Shown one piece after another: positions 33,994 to 42,167 of a stretch of 64,000 bases of DNA. The DNA is from Thermoproteota archaeon (GTDB lineage Archaea > Thermoproteota > EX4484-205 > JAAOZP01), in NCBI GenBank assembly GCA_038861395.1, contig JAWCDE010000001.1, positions 9,144 through 73,143 of the forward strand, in the 5' to 3' direction. Numbering within the stretch: position 1 is the stretch's first letter; each line of letters begins with the position of its first letter. The notes beneath the pieces were generated by a model. That model saw nothing but the letters and a program-made list of their open reading frames with translations, had not been told where the DNA came from and ran no database searches. The position numbers were made by a program, and so were the translations under genes.

Positions 33994-35493
33994 TTAAACC
34001 AACGGTCTGGGCGTTGAAAGCAGTTTAGCGAGCTCCGTAGGCAGGCTGGCTATGCTTATCCTCTTCTGCTCCCTAGTGTCTCTAAACCTTAGCGTTACAG
34101 TGTCGTCTGAAAAAGTCTGGTGGTCTATAGTTACTGCAAATGGGATGCCTATTTCATCGGCTCTAGCATATCTGCGACCGATACTTCCCGAATCGTCAAA
34201 GTTTACTTTGAAATCGCTCAGATAAGATGCTACTTCCTTGGCCTTAGCTATGAAATCCGTTTTTGAAAGCAGTGGGAAAACAGAGACATCAAAAGGCGAT
34301 AGATAAGAAGGTATGGAGAGGTAGATTCGCCCATCCTCCTCGATTCTGAGACTGTATTCGAGGAGAGCGTAGAGGAGTCTTTCTGCGCCGAAGCTAGGCT
34401 CCACCACGTGGGGCACAACCTTCTTATTGGTTGAAGAAATAAAAACGCTCATGTCCTCGCCGCTAACCCTCATGTGTCCAGAAAGGTCATAATCGGTTCT
34501 GTAAGCGAAGCCTGCCACCTCGGTCCATCCCCACGATTCTAGAAGAACCTCGCAGTCGAAGAGTTGTTTAGCGTAGTGAGCCCTCTCATTCGGGAGCTTC
34601 TCCCTAAACCTGTAGGAACCATCCGGTATCCCTAAGGCCTTGAGAAAGCTCTTTGTTAGGACTAGGAAGAAGGGTATCCAGTTGTTGCTGAAAACCCCTT
34701 TTTCAACAGCATCTCTGACCTTGATACTTCGTAATCCTGAGAAACCCTTTTCCTGGTCCTCCGCCGTCAATACGGGTATTGTTTCCTCTAAGTATTTTTC
34801 GTCTAATGGTCCAGTGTTAGTCTCTGGGTCGAAGAAGAATTCGACTTCCATTATGGTGAATTCCCTTAGTCGAATAGGGCCTTGCCTCGGCGAGATCTCG
34901 TTTCTGAAAACCTTGCCTATCTGAGCAACTCCAAGCGGCAGGCTTGACCTACTGTGGACATAGAGCCTCTTAAACTCTGTGAATATGCCTTGAGCGGTTT
35001 CGGGACGCAGGTAGCCGGGGTCGCCTACTCCTATCTCTGTCTTAAACATTAAAAGCCATTGGAAAGCCTTTGAAAAATTCTCGCCGCAATTAGGGCACTT
35101 AACCTTGTTACGTGCAACCAGTTCATCTATATGCTCTAATAATGCTCCCTCAGGAACATTAATACCGACTTCGCTTAACAGATGGTCGGCGCGGAAGACT
35201 GAACCGCATTTCTCGCATTTCAATGCCTTATCTGTAAACTGGGTTTCATGCCCTGAGGCGACGTAGACCGGTCTAGGACCTATTACTGGAGACTCTATTA
35301 TTTGAAAATTCCTAGAGTATACGAAATACTTTATCCAAAGGTTTTCTAAACGCCTTTTTATCTCGAAACCAATGTTCCCTAAGGTTAATAGACCCTTCAC
35401 TCCACCGTATATCTCGTAAGAGGGCCAGAATATTCCACGACGCTTAGCCAATTCTATGAGAACATCTGTTTTCTTCTGCTTCGTTGCAAGCAA
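33994..35493 (-). CDS. glyS: Glycyl-tRNA synthetase, archaeal/eukaryotic alpha2 type
   Basis: 499 aa; RRGIFWPSYEIYGGVKG, class II motifs, C-terminal anticodon-binding domain. Confidence 0.8.
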   Translation of the reverse strand: MLATKQKKTDVLIELAKRRGIFWPSYEIYGGVKGLLTLGNIGFEIKRRLENLWIKYFVYSRNFQIIESPVIGPRPVYVASGHETQFTDKALKCEKCGSVFRADHLLSEVGINVPEGALLEHIDELVARNKVKCPNCGENFSKAFQWLLMFKTEIGVGDPGYLRPETAQGIFTEFKRLYVHSRSSLPLGVAQIGKVFRNEISPRQGPIRLREFTIMEVEFFFDPETNTGPLDEKYLEETIPVLTAEDQEKGFSGLRSIKVRDAVEKGVFSNNWIPFFLVLTKSFLKALGIPDGSYRFREKLPNERAHYAKQLFDCEVLLESWGWTEVAGFAYRTDYDLSGHMRVSGEDMSVFISSTNKKVVPHVVEPSFGAERLLYALLEYSLRIEEDGRIYLSIPSYLSPFDVSVFPLLSKTDFIAKAKEVASYLSDFKVNFDDSGSIGRRYARADEIGIPFAVTIDHQTFSDDTVTLRFRDTREQKRISIASLPTELAKLLSTPRPLV

Positions 35494-35542
35494 GACGTTT
35501 CCGCTAACGAGAATAACCTAATAAACCTTAGTGTCAAACCCC

Positions 35543-35905
35543 TTATAATAGAGATAGCTCTCCAGTAATCCTATTCATCAGCTCTTCTGGAGCTGGGCCC
35601 AAGCCTAGACAGGTTACTGTTCCAGGAGGCAGCTCCGTAAGACCCATGTCGGAAATTAGGCAGGCTACCACCCCTTCTTTTAAAGCCTCATCCCTAACCT
35701 TAAACAACTCCTCCAGGGATTTAACCCTCAGGACTATTTTTCTCTGCCCCTCTTTAAGCCATTCGTCAAACCACTCGGGTTTAAGCCTGCGGGTTTCCTC
35801 AGCTGCTGAGACTGATGCATGCGCAACCTGGGCGCAGGCCTTGCCTAACGACATTTTCAAATCCTCTCTAACCACTATACACTGCTTGAACCTGAAACTA
35901 CCCAT
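35543..35905 (-). CDS. pth2: Peptidyl-tRNA hydrolase, archaeal Pth2
   Basis: 120 aa; KQCIVVREDLKMSLGKACAQVAHAS. Confidence 0.8.
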   Translation of the reverse strand: MGSFRFKQCIVVREDLKMSLGKACAQVAHASVSAAEETRRLKPEWFDEWLKEGQRKIVLRVKSLEELFKVRDEALKEGVVACLISDMGLTELPPGTVTCLGLGPAPEELMNRITGELSLL

Positions 35906-36010
35906 TCGCTTTTTAGAATCATGATAGAGGCTTAAGCTTTTCCAACAGCCTATACCGCTAAGCTTATTAATACAGCTAATTTATATCCGGCGCGCAAAAT
36001 GGTAGTATGC

Positions 36011-36160
36011 ATGTCGTGCAATAGGCCGATAGACCCTTATGAGAGTTACGTGAAGTTCACATGCTTTAACTGTGGCGAAGTAACCATATGGCGTTGCGAG
36101 AAATGTAGAACATTCGCCAGAGAAGTTAAATGCCCGAAATGTGGCTACACGATGCCCTAG
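36011..36160 (+). CDS. Small zinc-ribbon protein (49 aa; COG2888-like 'Zn-ribbon RNA-binding protein involved in translation')
   Basis: Not in the ORF track (<60 aa); ATG...TAG gives MSCNRPIDPYESYVKFTCFNCGEVTIWRCEKCRTFAREVKCPKCGYTMP with three CxxC pairs. Confidence 0.5.
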   Translation: MSCNRPIDPYESYVKFTCFNCGEVTIWRCEKCRTFAREVKCPKCGYTMP

Positions 36161-36284
36161 GTCTTTAAAACGGTTTCTACTGTAATCGTACTTGCTGAAT
36201 ACTCAAGAAAAGCTTTATATAGTTTTTGAAGGAATTGTGGGCTGAGTTGTTGTGTGGAAACATTAAGTTGGTTACGTCGAATCC

Positions 36285-36593
36285 ATGGGCTGGGGGAGAA
36301 GAGCCATGAAGCAAATAATCTACACTATGAGGATTTTCCCCGACGAGAACACTACGGACTTAGACGGGCTCCTTAAGAGAATAGAAGAGAATTTAAAGAG
36401 CGGTAGGATAGTTGCTCACCAAGTGGCAGAATACTTTTTCGGTATGAAAATACTCCTGGTAAACGTAGAAGCTCCTGAAGTAGACGGGGTTTCCGATAGG
36501 ATTGAGGAGGAGATCAGGAATACTAGCGGGGTCTCTGAGATGGAAATATTGAGCGTAACTAGGAAAGTGGAGGTTTGGAAAGAAGGTGGTTAG
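36285..36593 (+). CDS. Translation elongation factor 1-beta (aEF-1B); likely start at the internal ATG near 36327 (MRIFPDE...)
   Basis: IFPDENTTDLDGLLKRIEE...AHQVAEYFFGMKILLVNVEAPEVDG pattern; ~88 aa from the internal start. Confidence 0.65.
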   Translation: MGWGRRAMKQIIYTMRIFPDENTTDLDGLLKRIEENLKSGRIVAHQVAEYFFGMKILLVNVEAPEVDGVSDRIEEEIRNTSGVSEMEILSVTRKVEVWKEGG

Positions 36594-36831
36594 GGCATCC
36601 GAAGAAGACAGGAGGATAATCCCGCTTAGAAACTACATTTTCGACATCCTTGAAAAGAAGAAGAGTATTACTCTCTCGGAGCTTTTAAGAGGTTTGGAGA
36701 AAGACGTGGGGAGGGTAAGCGTCTCTGAGGTCGAGAGAGAGTTGATGGCAATGGAGATAAGAGGAATACTTCGAGTTTTTGCCTCAGGAAAGAAGGATCA
36801 AAGGCTGGAGCTTGTTAACCCCAGCGGTTGA
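36586..36831 (+). CDS. Hypothetical small protein, possibly wHTH
   Basis: 81-aa ORF overlapping the EF-1B stop by 8 nt; no clear family. Confidence 0.3.
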   Translation: MVRASEEDRRIIPLRNYIFDILEKKKSITLSELLRGLEKDVGRVSVSEVERELMAMEIRGILRVFASGKKDQRLELVNPSG

Positions 36832-36886
36832 ATCAGGCTTCTAAACCCGAAACCGTTAATAGCCTCCTGGGCTCTACATACATGTA

Positions 36887-37909
36887 ATGGGTGTTCAACT
36901 GGGGGACATAATCCCTGCGAGGGAGATAAGGCTAGAGAACCTTGCTAATAAGAGGATTGCGATAGACATGTATAATACTCTCTACCAGTTTCTCACTATA
37001 ATAAGGGGGGCTGACGGAAGGCCTTTAATGGATAGTAAGGGGAGGATTACGAGCCATCTCTCAGGGATATTTTATAGAACGTGCAACTTTCTCTCGGCGG
37101 GGCTTAAACCAATTTACGTCTTCGATGGCGAACCTCCGAAGATTAAGAGGGAGGAAGCGGAGAGAAGAAAGATGCTGCGTGAGGATGCTTCTAAGAAATA
37201 CGAGGAAGCCTTAGCAACCGGGAGGATTGAGGAGGCCCGTAAGTATGCACAGATGTCCGTGACCCTAGACGAGTATCTTATTCAATCTGCTGAGAAGCTA
37301 ATCAGCCTAATGGGCATACCTGTCGTACACGCGCCGTCGGAGGGGGAGGCTCAGGCTGCGCATATGGTTGCTACAGGCGTAGCAGACTATGTTGGGAGCC
37401 AGGATTTCGACTCACTCCTATTCGGGGGGAGGATGCTTGTGAGAAACCTCACGATAACTGGAAGAAGGAAGCTACCAGGTAAGAAAGCGTATGTGGAGGT
37501 TAATCCGGAGGAGATTTCTCTGGAAGAGACTTTGAAGACGTTGGCAATCACTAGGGAGCAGTTGATAGATATTGCTCTGCTAGTAGGCACTGATTACACT
37601 GAGGGCATAAAGGGCATTGGGCCTAAGAGGGCGCTGGAGCTTGTTAGAAGCGGGTTAAGCTTAGAAGATGTTTTCAAGAAGTATGGGGAAGACTTGTCTA
37701 AGATTTCGAGATATTACGAGGCGAAGGAATTCTTCTTGCATCCTGAGGTTAAGGAATTGGGTGAGCTAGAGTGGAGAGACATAGATGAGAATGGTGTTAT
37801 AAGACTCCTGCATGACGAGCATGATTTCTCTATAGACAGGGTTGCAAAAGCCATTGAAGAGGTTAAGAAGAAAAAGCCTGCAGAAGGCGTCTTATCAAAG
37901 TGGTTTTAA
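36887..37909 (+). CDS. fen: Flap endonuclease 1
   Basis: 340 aa; MGVQLGDIIPAREI..., acidic active-site clusters, C-terminal PIP-like SKWF. Confidence 0.85.
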   Translation: MGVQLGDIIPAREIRLENLANKRIAIDMYNTLYQFLTIIRGADGRPLMDSKGRITSHLSGIFYRTCNFLSAGLKPIYVFDGEPPKIKREEAERRKMLREDASKKYEEALATGRIEEARKYAQMSVTLDEYLIQSAEKLISLMGIPVVHAPSEGEAQAAHMVATGVADYVGSQDFDSLLFGGRMLVRNLTITGRRKLPGKKAYVEVNPEEISLEETLKTLAITREQLIDIALLVGTDYTEGIKGIGPKRALELVRSGLSLEDVFKKYGEDLSKISRYYEAKEFFLHPEVKELGELEWRDIDENGVIRLLHDEHDFSIDRVAKAIEEVKKKKPAEGVLSKWF

Positions 37910-37910
37910 A

Positions 37911-38600
37911 CTAGAAGCCGTATTCTCCCCTCAGCGGGACAAATATCACCGGTCCTATGTTAACTGTGCTAACCTTTCCCTTCTCGTCTTTACTAACAAA
38001 CAGTAGGTTCTGCTCGAAAAACTCTGATTGAACGGGTATTACCATCCTTCCATTGGGCTTCAACTGCTCTATGAGTGGCTCAGGGATTCTCGGCGCCGCG
38101 GCAGTTACCGAAATACAGTCATATGGCGCCTCCTCCAAATAGCCTTTCGACCCGTCTCCTTCTATTACTTTAACAACCTTGTCAAACCCGAGCCTGGAGA
38201 GGTTTCTCTTCGCAAACTCAACCAGCCTATGGTTTATTTCAATCGTGAAGACCAGGGGCTTTGAAGAGTCTAGAGTAGGACAGGTTAAAACAGCTAGGGT
38301 AGCTGCATGATACCCTCCGCCGGTGCCAACTTCAAGGATTTTATCACCCACTTGGACATTCAAAAGCTCATTCATTAACGCAACCATATGGGGTGCAGAT
38401 ATCGTCTGGTTAGTATCTCCCAGGGGTAGGGGTATATCGTCGTAAGCATGCTTCAACTGGTCTGGCCACACAAACTCGTGCCTAGGTACTCTCAGCATCG
38501 CATTCCTTACCTTTTCTGATTTTATCACTCCTTCCTCAACGAGTTGCTCCACGAGCCTCCTTCTCCTTTCAAAATACGGATCCGAACTACTACCTCTCAT
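37911..38600 (-). CDS. pcm: Protein-L-isoaspartate O-methyltransferase
   Basis: 229 aa; ISAPHMVA and VLEVGTGGGYHAA SAM motif. Confidence 0.8.
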   Translation of the reverse strand: MRGSSSDPYFERRRRLVEQLVEEGVIKSEKVRNAMLRVPRHEFVWPDQLKHAYDDIPLPLGDTNQTISAPHMVALMNELLNVQVGDKILEVGTGGGYHAATLAVLTCPTLDSSKPLVFTIEINHRLVEFAKRNLSRLGFDKVVKVIEGDGSKGYLEEAPYDCISVTAAAPRIPEPLIEQLKPNGRMVIPVQSEFFEQNLLFVSKDEKGKVSTVNIGPVIFVPLRGEYGF

Positions 38601-38647
38601 TCTTCCTAAAACATTATTTTCTTAAATCTAGGATAAAACCGTTTTTA

Positions 38648-39076
38648 TTGAATATGGATACGGTAATAGAGAGGGTTCGTGGAAAGGGGCATAGGAACAT
38701 AAGGGCTACTCACCCGACTACGCTGGCTATTACTAGAGATGTTGAAGTGGGAAGAACTGGAGACTGTTTTCTCATCGTCTCCGCAGATAAGTCTCCGCGA
38801 ACACTATCGGAGGATTTCAAAAACGCTGCTAGAAAACCCGTTAGGATAAGCGTTAAAATAATCGTTGGAGACCTTGTAGACGAGTTTTATTGCTACGGCG
38901 ACTCTGCTCTCACGTTTAAAGATGATCGTACGATGGTATTCAGGAAAAGCTCGTACGTTTGCGACAAGACTGTTGGAGTCAGAAGCAATAAGAGTGCCAT
39001 AGATATAGACCGAAGCATAGTTGAAAAATTGAGAAACGGTTGTGAGGCTATTGTAGAGCTTAGGATCAACTCATAA
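38648..39076 (+). CDS. Conserved archaeal hypothetical protein (DUF371-like, tentative)
   Basis: 142-aa ORF; family assignment from memory only. Confidence 0.3.
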   Translation: MNMDTVIERVRGKGHRNIRATHPTTLAITRDVEVGRTGDCFLIVSADKSPRTLSEDFKNAARKPVRISVKIIVGDLVDEFYCYGDSALTFKDDRTMVFRKSSYVCDKTVGVRSNKSAIDIDRSIVEKLRNGCEAIVELRINS

Positions 39077-39112
39077 TTGAAAACGTTTTGCAACAAATGC
39101 TGATGCTTAAAG

Positions 39113-40174
39113 CTATCTTTCGCGTTCACCTCTTATGAATTCTTCGAATCTTCTCTTAGCCTCTTCATAAGGCATTTGGACTGGAGGATGCTTGAAACAG
39201 TATGCAGACACGCTTATTAAAGGTCCGCTTATACCCCTGTCCAGAGCCACTTTAACTCCTCTTAAAGCGTCTATTATGACTCCCGCACTATTCGGGGAAT
39301 CTATTACTGAGAGCTTAAGATCTATGGTTAAGGGCGCGCCCCCGAAATATTTGCCTTTAATCCATATGTAGCATATCTTCTCGTTTTCAAGAAACGGAAT
39401 GTAATCGCTGGGGCCTATTCTCAGAGGCATCTCGTATGGAGACATCGCTCTAACAGCGGAGGTCTTGCTCTCCCTCTTAGAAACAAGTCTCTGCTGCTCC
39501 AGCATGTTCAGGAAATCTGTATCCCCCCCTATGTTGAGTTGATAAGACTCTTCGACTTTAACCCCCCTGTCTACAAGCAGTTTGATAAGAGTCTTATGCA
39601 GGACTGTTGCGCCAAGTTGGCTCATCACATCGTCTCCAGCTATCGGTAGTCTTCTCTCCTCAAACTTCTTCTGCCAATCTTCAGAGGACGCTATGAAAGT
39701 CGGCATGGCGTTTATGAATGCTACACCTGCCTCCAAGGCTGATTGAGCATAAAACCTGCTCCCCTTCTCGCTTCCCACTGGGAGATAATTTATTAAGACT
39801 TCTGCCCCGGAAGACTTCAACTCTTCAACGACGTCAGCATCATTGCCTTCGTGAAACCTTATAACTTCTTTCAAGTACCTGCCTACTCCATCTAGAACAG
39901 GGCCCTTCTTCACGGTTACTCCAAGCTTAGGAACTTCTTGGAACCTAATCGTGTTATTCGGCTTCTCGAATATTGCTTCACTCAAATCCTTACCGACCTT
40001 CCTACGGTCTACGTCGAATGCTGCTACAAACTCTATATCCTCCGGTCGATATCCCCCTACGTCGGGATGTGCTAAGCCGATTTGCTCTCCCCCCTCCTTA
40101 TAATAGTGGACTCCTTGAACTAGGGCTGATGCGCAATTGCCTACTCCGGCTATTGCTACCTTTATTTTTCCCAA
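39113..40174 (-). CDS. myo-Inositol-1-phosphate synthase (archaeal type)
   Basis: 353 aa; KVAIAGVGNCASALVQGVHYYK Rossmann N-terminus and overall archaeal IPS pattern. Confidence 0.65.
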   Translation of the reverse strand: MGKIKVAIAGVGNCASALVQGVHYYKEGGEQIGLAHPDVGGYRPEDIEFVAAFDVDRRKVGKDLSEAIFEKPNNTIRFQEVPKLGVTVKKGPVLDGVGRYLKEVIRFHEGNDADVVEELKSSGAEVLINYLPVGSEKGSRFYAQSALEAGVAFINAMPTFIASSEDWQKKFEERRLPIAGDDVMSQLGATVLHKTLIKLLVDRGVKVEESYQLNIGGDTDFLNMLEQQRLVSKRESKTSAVRAMSPYEMPLRIGPSDYIPFLENEKICYIWIKGKYFGGAPLTIDLKLSVIDSPNSAGVIIDALRGVKVALDRGISGPLISVSAYCFKHPPVQMPYEEAKRRFEEFIRGERER

Positions 40175-40215
40175 TTCCTACTATGAGAATTATTTTACCC
40201 TTATAAAATTAACTC

Positions 40216-40761
40216 TCACCTCAGTTTTAAACCGCACTTCCTACAGTATCTTATCCCTTCGGTGACAGGAGCTCCGCACCTTGGGCAAAAGCCGATTACT
40301 TCACTGATTTTCTTAGGCTTCTCCTCCTCTTCCTCCCTAAGGGGCTCCTCTTCAACGATCTCCTCGGGCGTGGTTTCCTCATACGCTTGCTCCGTTTCTA
40401 CTTCACCCGTTTCCGCCTCCTCCTGAGCTCCGTACGGGGCCTCTTCAACTTCTTTCTGAGGAGCCTCTTCAACAGCTTCTACGGGAATTAGTATTTTCCT
40501 CCTCTTCGGTTTAATCAATATCGAAATTATCACCACTATCAAGCCGATCCAAAAAAGGAGGGTTGCAAGCGATATGAATGTGTTTTCACCAATGCTATTT
40601 ACTATGGTTTCCCTAATCATTCCCTGAGTGCTTTGAAGATATAGTCCCAATGCTATAAGTAAAACGCCTGTTGCTAGGACATTCGATTTATTCAATTTCC
40701 ATAAATGATGTACTCGGGTGGTAATTAACTTTTTTCCATAATCATGAGAGTGATTATTCAC
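40216..40761 (-). CDS. Membrane protein with acidic linker and C-terminal zinc ribbon
   Basis: 181 aa; 2 TM helices; EE-rich segment; CPRCGAPVTEGIRYCRKCG. Confidence 0.4.
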   Translation of the reverse strand: MNNHSHDYGKKLITTRVHHLWKLNKSNVLATGVLLIALGLYLQSTQGMIRETIVNSIGENTFISLATLLFWIGLIVVIISILIKPKRRKILIPVEAVEEAPQKEVEEAPYGAQEEAETGEVETEQAYEETTPEEIVEEEPLREEEEEKPKKISEVIGFCPRCGAPVTEGIRYCRKCGLKLR

Positions 40762-40768
40762 CTGTTTC

Positions 40769-41161
40769 TCAGAGCATTTTTTGATGCCTAATCATGGCGA
40801 GAGTTATTACAGTCAGGATAATGCAGATTACGCTTAAGATTAATTCCGTCAAGGAAATTATTCCTTGGGCAATCGCGAAATAGAGTGGTAGAGAAACTCC
40901 GGCAACCCCCATCACAATCCCTGTTAAAAACATGTATCGCACAACCCGCTTAAACGCTGTATCGGAAACATACCTTATGCATAGTGAGGCGCCTATTAAT
41001 GTTCCTGCAACAATCAAGTTGTATGCCTCACCTACTGTAAAAATGCTTGCAGAAAAATATGCTGCTGCAAGAATTATCCCTGGCAGTAGGTTAAGCATTT
41101 TGCCTCCTGAGACAAGTTTCTTTTTCAGAGTTGTTTCACTAGCATTCTCTTCCGGGTTCAA
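40769..41161 (-). CDS. Small polytopic membrane protein
   Basis: 130 aa; about 4 TM helices. Confidence 0.35.
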   Translation of the reverse strand: MNPEENASETTLKKKLVSGGKMLNLLPGIILAAAYFSASIFTVGEAYNLIVAGTLIGASLCIRYVSDTAFKRVVRYMFLTGIVMGVAGVSLPLYFAIAQGIISLTELILSVICIILTVITLAMIRHQKML

Positions 41162-41197
41162 TACTACGCTCCCTCTTCAAACAGCTTTTTAAAAAGA

Positions 41198-42145
41198 TTA
41201 CGTACCAATATCTATGGAATTCCCAGTTACTGAGGATTTTAAACTAGCTTCAACTATTTTAAGAGCTTTTACAGCATCCTCCTCCCCGGGACTGGGGTTT
41301 ACGTCATTAACTATGCATTCTATGAAATGTTTTAACTCATAACGTAAAGGCTCACTCCACTCGGAGAACGGGGTTATCCTATCATTCTTAGAGCTTAGGG
41401 TTACTTGTTGCGTAACCAAATCGGCTTCAACCACTCCTTCAGACCCTATTACTTCTATGCTCCTTATCTTGTAAGGAGTTAGCCAGTTCGCCTTAATTAT
41501 AGCCATTCCCCCGCTGGGGAAGGTTAAGACCATTGTAGCATAATCTTCATGAACCCTATGCATGGATCTCCCCATCTTAGCATATACTTTAACCGGGTCC
41601 TCTGAGAAAAAGTATCTCATCAAATCTATGTCGTGTATTGCAGTGTCTAAGAGGACTCCTGAATCGGTGATTCTCTCAGGCCATCTTCTAACTCTCGTTG
41701 CCGAAGCCATGATCACCTCGCCTAAAGCTCCTTCCTCGATGTATCTCTTGACCATTCTTGCAGCGGGATTGAACCTTTCAATAAATCCAACCATAATCTT
41801 AACATTCCTATTTTTTAGAAAGCTAATGAGTTCAAGCGCATCCTTGACGGTAGGTGTGAAAGGTTTTTCGATGAGAAGATGTTTCACATTTTTCAATGCT
41901 AGTTGCATCGCCACCTCCTTATGTGTCGAAGTGGGTGTGGAAACAATTGCCCCCTCGTAAGTGTTTTCAGGTACCTCGGAAACATTTACGTAATAAGGGA
42001 CGTTGTAAAGCTTACCGTAGGCACTAGCTCTCTCCCTATCTATATCACACACGCCTCCGAGACTCCCGAGTTCTGCAAGGACTCTTACATGATTCTTCCC
42101 GAAACCTCCTGCTCCAACGACTATGACACGGGGTTTTCCTACCAT
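41198..42145 (-). CDS. Gfo/Idh/MocA-family NAD(P)-dependent oxidoreductase
   Basis: 315 aa; VIVVGAGGFGKNHVRVL Rossmann motif, EKP motif. Confidence 0.65.
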   Translation of the reverse strand: MVGKPRVIVVGAGGFGKNHVRVLAELGSLGGVCDIDRERASAYGKLYNVPYYVNVSEVPENTYEGAIVSTPTSTHKEVAMQLALKNVKHLLIEKPFTPTVKDALELISFLKNRNVKIMVGFIERFNPAARMVKRYIEEGALGEVIMASATRVRRWPERITDSGVLLDTAIHDIDLMRYFFSEDPVKVYAKMGRSMHRVHEDYATMVLTFPSGGMAIIKANWLTPYKIRSIEVIGSEGVVEADLVTQQVTLSSKNDRITPFSEWSEPLRYELKHFIECIVNDVNPSPGEEDAVKALKIVEASLKSSVTGNSIDIGT

Positions 42146-42167
42146 GCTTACTACTCCCCTGTTACTT

